Shown here piece after piece: positions 1-14,898 of a stretch of 64,000 nt of DNA (position 1 is the stretch's first letter; the number at the start of each line of letters is the position of its first letter). Below the pieces are notes generated by a model that was given only the letters and a program-made list of their open reading frames with translations, made no database searches and was not told where the DNA came from. Both the position numbers and the translations under genes were made by a program. Source of the stretch: Malacoraja senta (taxonomy: Eukaryota); assembly GCA_038087875.1 (NCBI GenBank), contig CM075981.1, forward strand, positions 82,398,001 to 82,462,000, written 5' to 3'.

Positions 1-890
1 CATCCATTTGTGATAAATGTCAATCTCAAGAAGCTACTATAGCACACTCATTTGTTTTTTGTACAAAAATTCAAAAATTTTGGATTGAAATTTTTGAAAT
101 CTTTACAAAATTATTTAAAATAAAACTGATACCAAAAGCAGAATGGATTATCTTCGGAACAACGGAAGATAGTCCTGAACTAAATGTGTTTCAAAAGAAA
201 TTAATAGACTATGGGTTAATAACTGGAAAAAAGTGAATCCTAAATTTCTGGAAAAATGCTCCAATACCAACTATAAACATGTGGATTTCAAATATGTTCG
301 AAACATTACACCTAGAAGAGATAAGACTCCTCCTGGCAGGTAAACCAGATCACTTCCACCTGACGTGGTCTGCATTCATAGAATTATTACAAGTATAGGG
401 TGCAAAAGTACTTTAAAAAAAAAAACTGAGGTCAGGTAAAGGGGGATGAAAGTTGGAGAGTTGGTATATCCCACTTGCGTGAAGCGTACAACAAAGTATT
501 TGTTTTTCTATTTTTCCTCTTTTTCTTTTTTCTTCTTCTTTAGGGTCTATCTCTTAATTCTTTCTTTTTAATTTCTTTCTTTTTTTTTTTTTTTAATTTT
601 TATTTATTAGAAGTACATTACATCACAGCCACATACATTAATACTCGTCATTTATATCTTCTTACAATTAATGTACTCCCTTAATTTCTTTCTTACAGGG
701 TCTTTGTTCTTTCTTGTTGTCACATTTTTACACCTTCACTATTTTCCTTCACTTTCTATTTTTTCTTAATCTTAACCTTTCCTTTTTATTAGTGTAAAAA
801 ATGACAGAGTACATTAATTGTAATAATATATACGTGATGAGTATTAATGTAATTGGTTGTAATGTAATGTACTTCTAATAAATAAAAATA
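1..890 (+). mobile_element. L1/Tx1-clade LINE 3' end (ORF2 C-terminal CCHC region, T-rich 3' UTR, A-rich tail)
   Basis: ICDKCQSQEATIAHSFVFC motif at the start; aataaa and A-rich end near 878-890. Confidence 0.65.
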
Positions 891-904
891 ATTTTTTTTT
901 TTTA

Positions 905-3900
905 AACTTCTCCTGGACCACACATATTGAAACAATGACCAAGAAAGCACACCAACGCCTCTACTTCCTCAGAGGCTTCGGAATTTCGGCATTTCAGCGA
1001 CAACCCTCACCAACTTTCCTGTAGAAAGCATTTTATCGGGATGGCTCACAGCTTGGTTTGGGAACAGCTCCATGCAAGACCGTATGAAATTGCAGCGAAT
1101 TGTGGATGCTGCCCAGACCATCCAACAAACAAACCTCCGATTGTCTCCATTTACACCTCACGCTGCCTCGGCAAGGCCAGCAGCATAATCAAGGACTAGT
1201 CGCACCATGGCCGCTACCTCTTCTCCCATCTCCCATCAGGCAAACGGTACAGAAGTGTGAAAACGTACACCTCCAGATTCAGGGACAGTCTCTTAGATAC
1301 ATAGAAAATAGGTGCAGGAGTAGGCCATTCGGCCCTTCGAGCCTGCACCGCCATTCAATATGATCATGGCTGATCATCCAACTCAGTATCCCGTACCTGC
1401 CTTCTCTCCATACCCCCTGATCCCTTTAGCCACAAGGGCCACATCTAACTCCCTCTTAAATATAGCCAATGAACTGGCCTCAACTACCCTCTGTGGCAGA
1501 GAGTTCCAGAGATTCACCACTCTCTGTGTGAATTTTTTGTTCTCATCTCGGTCTTAAAGGATTTCCCCCTTATCCTTAAGCTGTGACCCCTTGTCCTGGA
1601 CTTCCCCAACATCGGGAACAATCTTCCTGCATCTAGCCTGCCCAACCCCATAAGAATTGTGTACGTTTCTATAAGATCCCCTCTCAACCTCCTAAATTCT
1701 AGCGAGTATAAGCCAAGTCTATCCAGTCTTTCTTCATATGAAAGTCCTGACATCCCAGGAATCAGTCTGGTGAACCTTCTCTGCACTCCCACTATGGCTA
1801 TAATGTCCTTCCTCAGAGTTGGAGACCAAAACTGTACGCAATACTCCAGGTGTGGTCTCACCAAGACCCTGTACAACTGCAGTAGAACCTCCCTGCTCCT
1901 ATACTCAAATCCTTTTGCTATGAAAGCTAACATACCATTCGCTTTCTTCACTGCCTGCTGCACCTGCATGCCTACTTTCAATGACTGGTGTACCATGACA
2001 CCCAGGTCTCGCTGCATCTCCCCTTTTCCTAATCGGCCACCATTTAGATAATAGTCTGCTTTCCTGTTTTTGCCACCAAAGTGGATAACCTCACATTTAT
2101 CCACATTATACTGCATCTGCCAAATATTTGTCCACTCACCCAGCCTATCCAACTCACCATGCAGTCTCCTAGCATCCTCCTCACAGCTAACACTGCCCCC
2201 CAGCTTAGTGTCATCCGCAAACTTGGAGATGTTGCCTTCAATTCCCTCATCCAGTTCATTAATATAAATTGTGAATAGCTGGGGTCCCAGCACTGAGCCT
2301 TGCGGTACCCCACTAGTCACTGCCTGCCATTGTGAAAGGACCCGTTTACTCCTACTCCTTCCTGTTTGCCAGCCAGTTCTCTATCCACATCAATACTGAA
2401 CCCCCAATACCGTGTGCTTTAAGTTTGAATACTAATCTCTTATGTGGGACCTTGTCGAAAGCCTTCTGAAAGTCCAGATACAACACATCCACTGGTTCTC
2501 CCCTATCCACTCTACTAGTTACATACTCGAAAAATTCTATAAGATTCTTCAGACATGATTTACCTTTCGTAAATCCATGCTGACTTTGTCCAATGATTTC
2601 ACCACTTTCTAAATGTGCTGCTATCCCATTATTAAATAACTGACTCTAGCAGTTTCCCCACTACCGATGTTAGACTAACTGGTCTGTAATTCCCCGTTTT
2701 CTCTCTCCCTCCCTTCTTAAAAAGTGGGGTTACGTTTGCTACCCTCCAATCCTACCGAACTACTCCAGAATCTAAAGAGTTTTGAAAAATTATCACTAAT
2801 GCATCCACTATTTCGGGAGCTACTTCCTTAAGTACTCTGGGATGCAGTCTATCTGGCCCTGGCGATTTATCGGCCTTTAATCCATTCAATTTACCCAATA
2901 CCACTTCCCGACTAACCTGGATTTCACTCAGTTCCTCCATCTCCTTTGACCCGCGGTCCCCTGCTATTTCCGGCAGATTATTTATGTCTTCCTTAGTGAA
3001 GACGGAACCAAAGTAGTTATTCAATTGGTCCACCATATCCTTGTTCCCCATGATCAATTCACCTGTTTCTGACTGCAAGGGACCTACATTTGTTTTAACT
3101 AATCTCTTTCTCTTCACATATCTATAAAAACTTTTGCAGTCAGTTTTTATGTTCCCTGCCAGTTTTCTTTCATAATCTATTTTCCCTTTCCTAATTAAGC
3201 CCTTTGCCCTCCTCTGCTGGTCTCTGAATTTCTCCCAGTCCTCTGGTATGCTGCTTTTTCTGGCTAATTTGTACGCATCATCTTTTGCTTTGATACTATC
3301 CCTGATTTCCCTTGTTATCCACGGATGCACTACCTTCCCTGATTTATTCTTTTGCCAAACTGGGATGAACAATTTTTGTAGTTCATCCATGCAGTCTTTA
3401 AATGCCTTCCATTGCATATCCACCGTCAACCCTTTTAGAACTAATTGCCAGTCAATCTTGGCCAATTCACGTCTCATACCCTCAAAGTTACCTTTCTTTA
3501 AGTTCAGAACCGTTGTTTCTGAATTAACAATGTCACTCTCCATCCTAATGAAGAACTCAACCATATTATGGTCACTCTTGCCCAAGGGGGCACGCACAAC
3601 AAGACTGCTAACTAACCCTTCCTCATTACTCAATACCCAGTCTAGAATAGCCTGCTCTCTCGTTGGTTCCTCTACATGTTGGTTTAGATAACTATCCCGC
3701 ATACATTCCAAGAAATCCTCTTCCTCAGCACCCCTGCCAATTTGATTCACCCAATCTATATGTAGATTGAAGTCACCCATTATAACTGTTTTGCCTTTGT
3801 TGCATGCATTTCTAATTTCCTGTTTGATGCCATCCCCAACTTCACTACTACTGCTAGGTGGCCTGTACACAACACCCACCAGCATTTTCTGCCCAGAGGT

Positions 3901-4090
3901 GTCCCTCAGACTATCCTTGATCAGACTTTACCGGCTTTGTCTTGCACTAAACGTTATTCCCTTATCCTGTATCTGTGCACTGTGAATGGCTCAATTGTAA
4001 TCATGTATTGTCTTTCCGCTGACTGGTTAGCACGCAACAAAAGCTTTTCACTCTTCTTTGGTACATGTGACAATAAACTAAACTGAACTA
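905..4090 (+). mobile_element. Rex1/Babar-like LINE 3' fragment, split by the CR1 insertion (905-1293 and about 3893-4090)
   Basis: KKAHQRLYFLR motif; tail gacaataaactaaactgaac near 4069-4088. Confidence 0.65.
1294..3892 (-). mobile_element. CR1/HER1-type LINE, 5'-truncated (end of APE, RT, 3' UTR), frameshifted
   Basis: GVPQGSVLGP, KFADDTKL and KSDHN motifs in ORFs 1514..2320 and 2752..3885; ATGTTTCT-type tail. Confidence 0.93.
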
Positions 4091-4844
4091 TAGAGGCAAA
4101 TCAAATAGTACCTTAGCTTACGGAAGGATCATTCAGAAGTGGTATTGGGGATGATATACATGTGGATTAAAGATTATTTTCAAAAGCAGTAGAAATACAT
4201 CGGTCATCTTTAAGTTGCAAGGCTGGGTAACTAGTGGACTGCAGTAGGGATTGGTACAGGGGTCTCAAATGTTAAGATGATGGGACCAAGATAGGCATTT
4301 GCAAGCTTGCAGATGATGCAAAGCAGCAAGGGAGAGAGTTACGAGGACAGCCAAAAGGAGCTTTAAGGGTTTACAGACATTTACAAGCAGGCTAAGTGAA
4401 TGGGGAAGGTAAAGAAAAAGAAATTCACACTATTCAGTAGAAATATAAAACATGTATTAAATGGCGAGATTGAAAAATGTGTGTAGAGCAGTCTGAGCAA
4501 CCTGGAAAACAAATCACAGATTTAACAAGCAGGAACAGTAAACAATCAGAAGGCAAAGACTGCATTGGTCTTTACTTCAAGAAGATTTGATTGCAAGAGT
4601 GAAGATATCTTACCACAATTGTAGAAATTCCTGGTGAGACTACAAGGAATATCATTTATACTCAATAATTTAGAAGGGGAAAATAGAACTTAGTTACCAA
4701 GTATATTCATGACCGAAAGATTTTTGATTAAAAAGGAATGAACAAATGTGAAAAAAAGGACTGAGGTAACTCAACAACCATGATCTCATATAATGGCAGA
4801 ACAGGCACGAGTGACCAAATGATTTACTTCTTTTTTTTTTTTTA

Positions 4845-5144
<300 letters not shown>

Positions 5145-5327
5145 TTAAATTCAGCTTGTTATAAATCTTGTTTACCAAAGGCTAGAAATAGGTTTATCAG
5201 ATTATAACTTGGTAAATCACCTTTTTTGTAATGTATTGCAAGTATTTACTGTTATGGGGGGCTTAAGAGGTGAATTAAATACTTGAACTAAATGTAATGG
5301 AAGGTAGATCAATGTTATATAAACAAA

Positions 5328-5496
5328 GATACAAACACAAAATGCTGGAGTAACTCAGTGGGACAGGCAGCATGTCTGGAGAGAAAGAATGGGTGACGTT
5401 TCGGGTCGAGACCCTTCTTCAGACCCTGTCCCGCTGAGTTACTGGATCCAGCATTTTGTGTCTATCTTCAGTTTAAACCAGCATCTGCAGTACACA
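5328..5496. mobile_element. Penelope-derived mini insertion with inverted ends and a hammerhead core; 13-bp TSD
   Basis: TSD ttatataaacaaa at 5315-5327 and 5497-5509; minus-strand CTGAAGA..GAAACGTC at 5395-5422. Confidence 0.75.
5395..5422 (-). ncRNA. Minimal hammerhead ribozyme core (Penelope-type); further intact cores at 5632-5659, 8647-8674, 34784-34811 and 44388-44415
   Basis: CUGAAGA-A-GGGUCUCGACCC-GAAA-CGUC; stem I only weakly predicted. Confidence 0.55.
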
Positions 5497-5951
5497 TTAT
5501 ATAAACAAATTATAGTTTTTATGAAAAGATGAGGTACGAGCGTAAACTGGCCAAGAATATAAAGATGGTAGACAAAAATGCTGGAGAAACTCAGCGGGTG
5601 AGGCAGCATCTATGGAGCCAATGGAAAAGGTGACGTTTCGGGTCGAGACCCTTCTTCAGACTGATCCAGTGATTTTCAGGTTACTTTTTCACAATCACCA
5701 ACAGCTATTAATAGAAGTTACTTCAAGAAATGTGCAGGATTGAGGGAACAATCAATTTGGCACAGACTGTAAATGTTAGTGTATTCTTCCCTGGAGATGC
5801 TCAAAGTCAATATAGGAAAGCACATGCTGCAGATTCCAAAATCAGTGACTATCTTAACATCGAAGATGATAGAGAGATCACTACCTCCAGCCGGCCAAAG
5901 TGAAATTTCATTGTAGGAAAAAGATGAAGCTGATTAAATAAAAGCATATTA

Positions 5952-6278
<327 letters not shown>

Positions 6279-6324
6279 TTAGACTTAAAAGTATAGACTG
6301 TTAATTCACAGAAAAAGAAAACCC

Positions 6325-7100
6325 AAATTCACAAGATTTACAATGATTACACTAATCTTACCCAGCACATTCTATGTCACCCCTAGCTAAGGACTGAATT
6401 TAATTCCTTATCAGAGGAGATACCCCACCTCCTCAGCCCACCTGTCTGTCTTTTCGATAGGACGTGTAACCTTGAACTCAGCTCCCAGCTCAGATCCTCT
6501 CTCAGCCACGTCTCCATATTGCCCACAACGTCGCACCTACCAATTTCTAACTGCGCCATGAGTTCCCACACCTTATTCTGTATACTATGTGCATTCAACT
6601 ATAACGCCTTCAGTTCAGTATTCACCACCCCTCTTCTCACAGTAGTTTCCCCCCCCCCCCCCCCCTTTTTAGTTTTAAGCCCGATCTACAGCCTTGGTTA
6701 TGTTTGCCAAGACCCTGGTCCCAGCCAGGTTCAAGTGGAGACGGTCCCTTCGGAACAGTTCCCTCCTTCCCTAATATTAGTGCCAATGTCCCATGATTTC
6801 AAATCCACTTCTTCCACACCAATCTTTGAGCCACGCAATCAACTCTTTAATCTTCTCAACCCTATGCCAATTTGCATGTGGCTCTGGTAGCAATCCAGAG
6901 ATCATTACCTTTTTGGTTCTGCTTTTCAATTTAATCCCTAGCTATTCAACTTCCCTTAGCATAACCTCTTTCCTACCTCTCCCTGCATCATTGGTACCCA
7001 CATGGACCATGATGACTGGATCTATCCCCTCCCACTCCAAATTCCTCTGCAGGATACACAAGATGTCTTGAACCTGGACACCAGGCAGGCAACAGACTTT
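6325..7100 (-). mobile_element. CR1 LINE fragment (ORF1 esterase region and start of ORF2 APE)
   Basis: NAHSIQNKVWEL...DVVGNMETW APE start. Confidence 0.75.
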
Positions 7101-7104
7101 GATG

Positions 7105-7260
7105 CCAAAGATGTGCAGGTTTGTAGGTTAATTGGCATCTGTAAATTACCCCTACCTAGTTTGTAAGGAGTGGATGCAAAAGTAGGATAACAGAACTCGT
7201 AGTCGGCATGGACTCTGTGGTTCGAAGGGCCTGTTAATGTTATCTCGCCAAACTAAATTT
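7105..7260 (+). mobile_element. HE1/V-SINE fragment
   Basis: gtaggttaattggc..tgtaaatt.ccc core plus CR1-like tail gaagggcctgtt. Confidence 0.6.
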
Positions 7261-7402
7261 TGAGTATACAAACTTAATAATATAATTATTTATATTCATT
7301 TTTCAGATATATAACTTGGATTCAATCTTAACGAAAAATATTTGGGGCATATATTTCATGTGAAATGATAAAAACAAAAGAGCATACTTTTCCAATATTC
7401 AC

Positions 7403-7541
7403 CTGAATTCCAGTTGGTCGACACAAAGCCTGTCCCAAAATTCCATAAATTGTTTCTCTGTCTTCTTCAGATGTCTTTTCCGGAAGTAGATTTTGAACTT
7501 CTGCCTTCTCTCTGGTCAGAAGTGGAATACCTTCACCCTGG
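7403..7541 (-). CDS. smg1: SMG1 exon (QGEGIPLLTREK...RPTGIQ)
   Basis: 139 nt, AG/GT flanks. Confidence 0.95.
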
Positions 7542-7734
7542 CTGTTTCAAAGTACAACCAAAAACTGATCACAAATTGTAGAATCCACGTAGAAGGCAAT
7601 GTTCGTTCTTGACCACAAATAAGTGAGTCAACGTAAATTTATGGAGTATAACATATATTATCAATTTATTAGTCCCAATCCATTTGTATGTAATTGCAAG
7701 CTGAAATAATTTGATCCAATCACTCACACACTTA

Positions 7735-7902
<168 letters not shown>

Positions 7903-7911
7903 TTAGTTTTA

Positions 7912-8265
<354 letters not shown>

Positions 8266-8746
8266 TCAAATGTTTCAAATATTTAGTTTATCAACAGAGT
8301 ATAATGTACTTCCAAAATAATTAACTTCACTAAAGCTCAGAACAGGCTTAAATTCAAAATCTTATATTTTGCAGACAGGAAAGCCTAGAATTTAAATAAT
8401 ATTAATTCCTGTCCATAATTACAGGTGCCATTGCCCCAGAGTATAGAAAGTCAAGCATTTCTCTGCAGAAGGTACTACTACACATAGCATTATTCCACCT
8501 CATCATGGAGTTTAGAGACAGCAGAATATAGATTTATTAACCTAGCTGCTGCAAAGAGTTCCTAAAGTCAGTCAAAAGAAAGGTAGACAAAAGTGCTGGA
8601 GAAACTCAGCGGGTGAGGCAGCATCTATGGAGCGAAGGAAATAGACAACGTTTCGGGCCGAAACCCTTCTTCAGAAAGACTGGCAACAGGAGATGGTACC
8701 ACCGTGTGTGCACATTGCTTGATAACAAAAGTTCAGGTCATTTTCA

Positions 8747-8832
8747 TACCAGTAAATGGAATGACAGAATGAAAATAATTCACATGGACCACGATGTGAA
8801 TTACTTTCATTCTGTCATTCCATTTACTGGTA
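8747..8832. repeat. Near-perfect 39-bp inverted repeat with 8-nt loop, adjoining a Tc1-like terminus (about 8840-8922)
   Basis: Arms 8747-8785 and 8794-8832 with one mismatch; downstream end ...aatactttctgcatgcactgta. Confidence 0.85.
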
Positions 8833-8987
8833 AAAATGAATTTAATCCATTTTAAAATAAGGCTGTAATGTAACAAAATGCAGAAAAAATGAAGGAGTCG
8901 GAATACTTTCTGCATGCACTGTAAAATAGCCAGAGATAATGAAAAAAATGTATATTGGGAATATTTTATATTAAAATATTTTCTTCA

Positions 8988-9263
<276 letters not shown>

Positions 9264-9587
9264 TCAGATGTGAATACATTTTTAAACATTTAACATGTAT
9301 GACATTTTTCAAATAGATATTTAAACATTCCAAAAAACATTTGGTTTAATGTTTGACTTTAATAAAAACAGTAGAACTTTCCTTATATTCAGGAAAGTTC
9401 CTCATTCAGAAAAACTTAAGATCTTCCTTGAGACTTTACCTGGTACCACAAATAACTTAATTAGTATTCCATCTGATTCAACAAGCGTGAGCAAGCTAGA
9501 TATTTACCCATTGGAAGGAGGTAAAGAGAGATAAGGGGAAGTAACAAGAACATTAGCAAAAACAGAAGCTTGTTTTATTCATTTTTA

Positions 9588-9755
<168 letters not shown>

Positions 9756-10082
9756 TTAATACAAATTACATAATTCCACGTGTACAAAATTCACAGCTAT
9801 TTCCAATTATGGGTGCATTCACATCACATCTAGAGCCCTGCTGTTGTTGTTTTTTTTTGCTGTGGTGTATTTATTGTCATGAATTTTGCACAGTCCAAAC
9901 CCTCAGTGACCATAACTCACTGGGGATGGTAATTAAGCAACCTTCTCAGATTGCTCCAGACTATCAATGAACGTGCCATTTTATTGGCCTAGACAATTGA
10001 AACTACCCGATGATCACAAATGAGTTGAATGACAAATGTAAATTGATATCTTGAATCATAAACAAAACAGGCAACTCTATAC

Positions 10083-10287
10083 GTTTAAGAAGGAACTGCA
10101 GATGCTGGAAAATCGAAGGTAGACAAAAGTGCTGGAGAAACTCAGCGGGTGCGGCAGCATCTATGGAGCAAAGGAAATAGGCAACGTTTCGTGTCTGAAG
10201 AAGGGTTTCGGCCCGAAATGTTGCCTATTTCCTTTGCTCCATAGATGCTGCCGCACCCGCTGAGTTTCTCCAGCACTTTTGTCTACC
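10083..10287. mobile_element. Palindromic Penelope mini element; 15-bp TSD
   Basis: TSD caggcaactctatac at 10068-10082 and 10288-10302; about 70-bp inverted arms. Confidence 0.8.
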
Positions 10288-10519
10288 CAGGCAACTCTAT
10301 ACAGTCCTTTCATTGCATCCATGCCACGTGCTCCCAACATAGCAATGTTCAGCAATGTATCAGGCCCTTTGGCCCACTATGTCTGTGTTGATGCCAATCT
10401 GACAAATCCCATCTGCTGCTGCTTGGTTTGCATCACTATTTCCTGCCTGTTCATGCGTCCATCATATGATTCATATTTTTCAAACTCGCTTGTAGATTGG
10501 TTATTTCCCACTAGCCAAT

Positions 10520-12452
10520 TGTAGTGCTTGTTAGTAGTGACTCCGCCTAATATGCATTTTATATTAACAAGAGTTTGCCTATGCCAGTCAGTATGAGTAG
10601 CTGCTAGGAAATGTAATGTCCTGCAGTTCAATGCTGTAAGTAGATTTAATAAACATGTGTTGTATTTTGATATGTGTTTGACTCGACTCATTACATGGCG
10701 TCAGAGAGTGAATCTTACCTACTCCGTTCATGTTTATCAGGTTTTGTTTCTTTAATTCGTTTATTTGCGTTATCTCTATCATGGCAAACTCGTCTTCGCC
10801 GTCCTAGTCCTCTGATCTTTGACTGACTGATGAACGCTGGCGTCTTTTCGAGCGTGACAACATTCACTATGTTCGCATCGTTCATCGCAATGACCCTCCT
10901 GATGTGCGTGCTTCTGTATTACTCAACTTAGCTGACCCTGAGGCAATGAATCGTGCCGACAATTTCATATTTGAGCCTGCCGTTTTGGATGCCTGCCGTT
11001 TGGACAGGTCCTAGTTACTGCAGAGACGATTGATGACCCTGCCGTCTTGCTTGCAAAGTTCAGACAGTTGTGTGACCTGCCCTCGAACTACATTATTGAA
11101 CGAACCAAGTTTTATGCTCGTATGCAACAGATTGATGAACCGATTGAATATTTTATTAGCGGCTTAAAACACATGGCTGCACGCTGCCAATTTTGTGATC
11201 TGTGCGATGAACTCATATGTGATAAGATTGTTGGAGGTATTCTTGATAGCAAGTAAAGGGATGAACTGCTTCGTAATAATGACCTAACCCATAATCAGAG
11301 CACGCCTCGGATTGCTGAGATAAAATCTTCTCACATTAAGTCTGCGCCCTCCGGTCAGTGTTCGCAGTATAGTGTCAATCTTACAGATACGTCCTCCCGT
11401 AACAGCCACTCCCAACCCTCTCCTGCCTGGCAGCAGAGAGGATCTGCTGTTCGATGTCAAAATTGCAACTATTTTCAAGCTACGGGTCGACGGTTCTGTA
11501 TTGCTTATGGGAAAACCTGCAAGAAATTAAACCACGTTGCTAGTTGCTGCCGTTCCCGTGCGACTCAACCAGCTCCAAGGACAAGCCTGCACCTGTTACA
11601 ACTTGAGCTTGCTGATAACATATTACAAGAGCCTGACTTGCCATCAACCGCTCAGCTCTCAGAAAGTACAGATACCAGTCTGCCATCCACTCTCTCCTCC
11701 CTTCATCTAATGTGCAACTTGACCCTGAGGTAACCATGTTTGTGAATAACAGACCCTTGATCGCTAAGGTTGATACGGGTGCCAAATGCAATGTCATCTC
11801 GTTATCAGAGTTTTTAAAAAATTCGTAATGCTGAACGTATTGAAAAGGCATCGGCCACGCTTCGGGCTTACGGGGGAGATGTTCTACATCCACTTGGACA
11901 AACTAATTTAAAGTGCACCATAGACAAGCAGCCCCATACCTTAAAGTTTTATATTGTCAAGGGGGATTCAGAGACTTTGCTCGGTATCAATGCATGCCAT
12001 GATCTTGGCCTGGTATACTTTGGCTGCGCTCTCCATCAACTCTTTCTCGCTGAAGGGCCCACTCAACAAGTACTCTCTCAAGGCAAAGACCTGTTTAACG
12101 ACAAGCTTGGCAAGTTGCTCCTCAAATACCACATTGTTGTCGATCCCAACGTCACTCCTGTGGTTCGAGCATCACATCGTGTTCCACATGCCATGCGTGA
12201 CAGAGTTCACAATGAACTCAAGCGGATGGTCTCCATGGGTGTTATTGCTGAAGTTACAGACGCATCTGACTGGGTTTCCACCATGGTGGTCGCAACAACA
12301 AAAAAAGAGGAGATCCGTATCTGCATAAACCCCAGAGATCTTAACACTGCTATCAAATGCCCACACTACCCTATGCGTACAATAGAGGAAGTTGCTGCTC
12401 AAATAGGCAACGCATCAGTATTCTCCGTTCTGGATGCCAAAAGCTCGTTTTG
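10520..12452 (+). mobile_element. Gypsy (Mag-like) LTR retrotransposon, 3'-truncated and degenerate: 5' LTR 10520-10695, PBS, gag, protease, RT N-terminus
   Basis: TGTAGTG...CATTACA LTR containing aataaa; PBS TGGCGTCAGA at 10696; protease KVDTGA near 11766; RT IRICINPRDLN...VFSVLDAKSSF. Confidence 0.85.
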
Positions 12453-12984
12453 CTCTAGCGTTTTGCTCTAGCCATTACTCTAGTTTTTTGCGTCTATCTT
12501 CAGTTTAAACCAGCATCTGCAGTTCCTTCCTACACACACGATACTATACGATAGAACACTTTTTTGTTTTCTCGTTTATAACATTGTTTACAGAGTACTA
12601 TGTTTACATATTCTGTTGTGCTGCTTCAAGTAAGGATTTAATTGTTCTAACTGGGACGTGAGAGAATAAAACACTCTTGACTACATTGCTAATGTGTGGG
12701 ATAGAACTAGTGTATGGGTGATCAGTGGTCGGCGTGGACTCGATGGGCTGAAGGGCCTGTTTCCACACTGTATCTTTAAATTAAACTAAACACACTAAAA
12801 CCAGAGGGAATCTAAAGAAGGACCTCTACCCCCAAAATGTCACCCAATTTCTTCTATCCAGAGATGCTGGCTACTCCATGGAGTTCCCCCGCACAATTAA
12901 AGCATGGAATAGTCTTCACCCTACCATAGTTACCCAACTAGACACAACTAAATTTAAGGTAGCTCTTTTTTTCTCCCAAGAACC

Positions 12985-13200
12985 CTTTTTTGCTTAAGTC
13001 CAAGTCAAGAGTCAAGAGAATTTTATTGTCATGTGTCCCAGATAGGACAATTAAATTCTTGCTTGCTGCAGCACAACAGAATATGGAAACATAATACAGA
13101 ACAGGAGATAAAAGTTCAGTGTGTCTATATACCATAGACCATATATATACACAATAAATAAACAGATATAAGTGCAATAGGCTGCTGTTGTTCAGAGTTT
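12985..13200 (-). mobile_element. Rex/Babar-like LINE 3' end
   Basis: Same tail as at 12580-12682 and 19900-20010 (ctgggac...gacaataaa...ctcttgac). Confidence 0.55.
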
Positions 13201-13720
13201 GGGGGTGGACCCTTCATTACCTCCATTTTAAATTCCATTTGGAATATTTTTGGAGTAACTCTTGCTCCCTGAAGCCAGGGAGTTACTCCAGCTCCTGGGA
13301 GTGATTCTGCGTTGGTTTTCAGCGGTCGCGGCGAGGCAGCGACGAGACAGCAATGGCGGCCAGATCTCCCACAATGCAAAGGTAGGGAGAAAGTGCTCGG
13401 CGCCGACCAGTTGCCGTGGCAGTGCCCATGTGCAGGGCGGCCGATGTGCTGGCTGTGCTTGTGCGCATGTGCAAGGCGGCCGACCGTGCTGGCGGACGAG
13501 GAGCGGCCAGAGAGCAGAGAGCGGAGCCCGGCGGCCCGGACAGGAATGGCGGGCGGAGACAGAGAGTGACAGAGAGAGATAGAGAGGGGGGCCCGTTCAC
13601 AGTTGAACGGCAGGTGTCCCGGGTGCTTGCCAAGCCGGGCAAAATGGAACAGCTATTAGGTTGCCCGGCGTGACTTTAGGTGGCAATTGGCACCCGGGCA
13701 ACCGTTAATTTCGAGCCCTG
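13200..13720. mobile_element. GC-rich hAT-like transposon fragment with one terminus
   Basis: Ends ...ccgttaatttcgagccctg (CAGGG-type TIR); other end not found. Confidence 0.45.
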
Positions 13721-13873
13721 CCTTGGCGAAGGAATAACATTTAAGGAATCCTAGTTTGTTGTGATGAAGACATTGGGATTCTACATGATATAGATAAACT
13801 GTAAGATTGGGTGAAAACTTGACAACTGAAGTTTAATGTGTTTGATACGCCTTTTAACAAGTTCTACTTGTTA

Positions 13874-14056
<183 letters not shown>

Positions 14057-14712
14057 TTATAAATATGCATTCAAAAATCTCATTAATTATACATTTTACT
14101 TTTGAGAAAGTAATTTCTTATTTCTAAACTTGTAATTTTTACAGTTGCTAATTCATTCTAGATGCTGGAAGAAACACCAGACAATCAGCTATACCGCTCC
14201 CCAACTGCACTGCTGCCAATCAGAAAATGTTTGTAGAACAGATGGATACAAGATAACTTTTTAAATGCATCAGCAGATGACTCATTTACCAAAATTATAT
14301 TCAGCATTCCAATGTCAATTTTTTCTTCTTAATTATAAAAACCTTTAGGTCACAAATATTGCAAGTCCTGATGCCATGTTAATTGGAAGATAAAGCATAA
14401 ATTACATAGGCAAAATTTTGATGCATCACAATTAAGATGACCACCAAATTGCTCAGGTCCAGAGTGCCAAAAGAAATTAGTTAAGTATTACCAAGTAATT
14501 TTTGAACTAAAGTTTTCCAAAAGATATGCAATGGCACAAATTATTCTTAAATGTGGTTCATGTAGATTTAAAAAAATGGAATTTGTGAACCTTCTCAGAA
14601 ATATATTGTTCCAAAAAAATTCACACTGTTGCTTTTTAAAATCAACTGAAACAAATTGCATCCAACATAATCAACTACCACAGTGTTAGCAGATTGTTAA
14701 CACATGCACTTA

Positions 14713-14898
<186 letters not shown>

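Noticed and set aside
1659-3691. Plus-strand ORFs opposite the LINE (also at 59954-60610 and 62674-63147)
   Set aside because: Antisense shadows of CR1 ORF2
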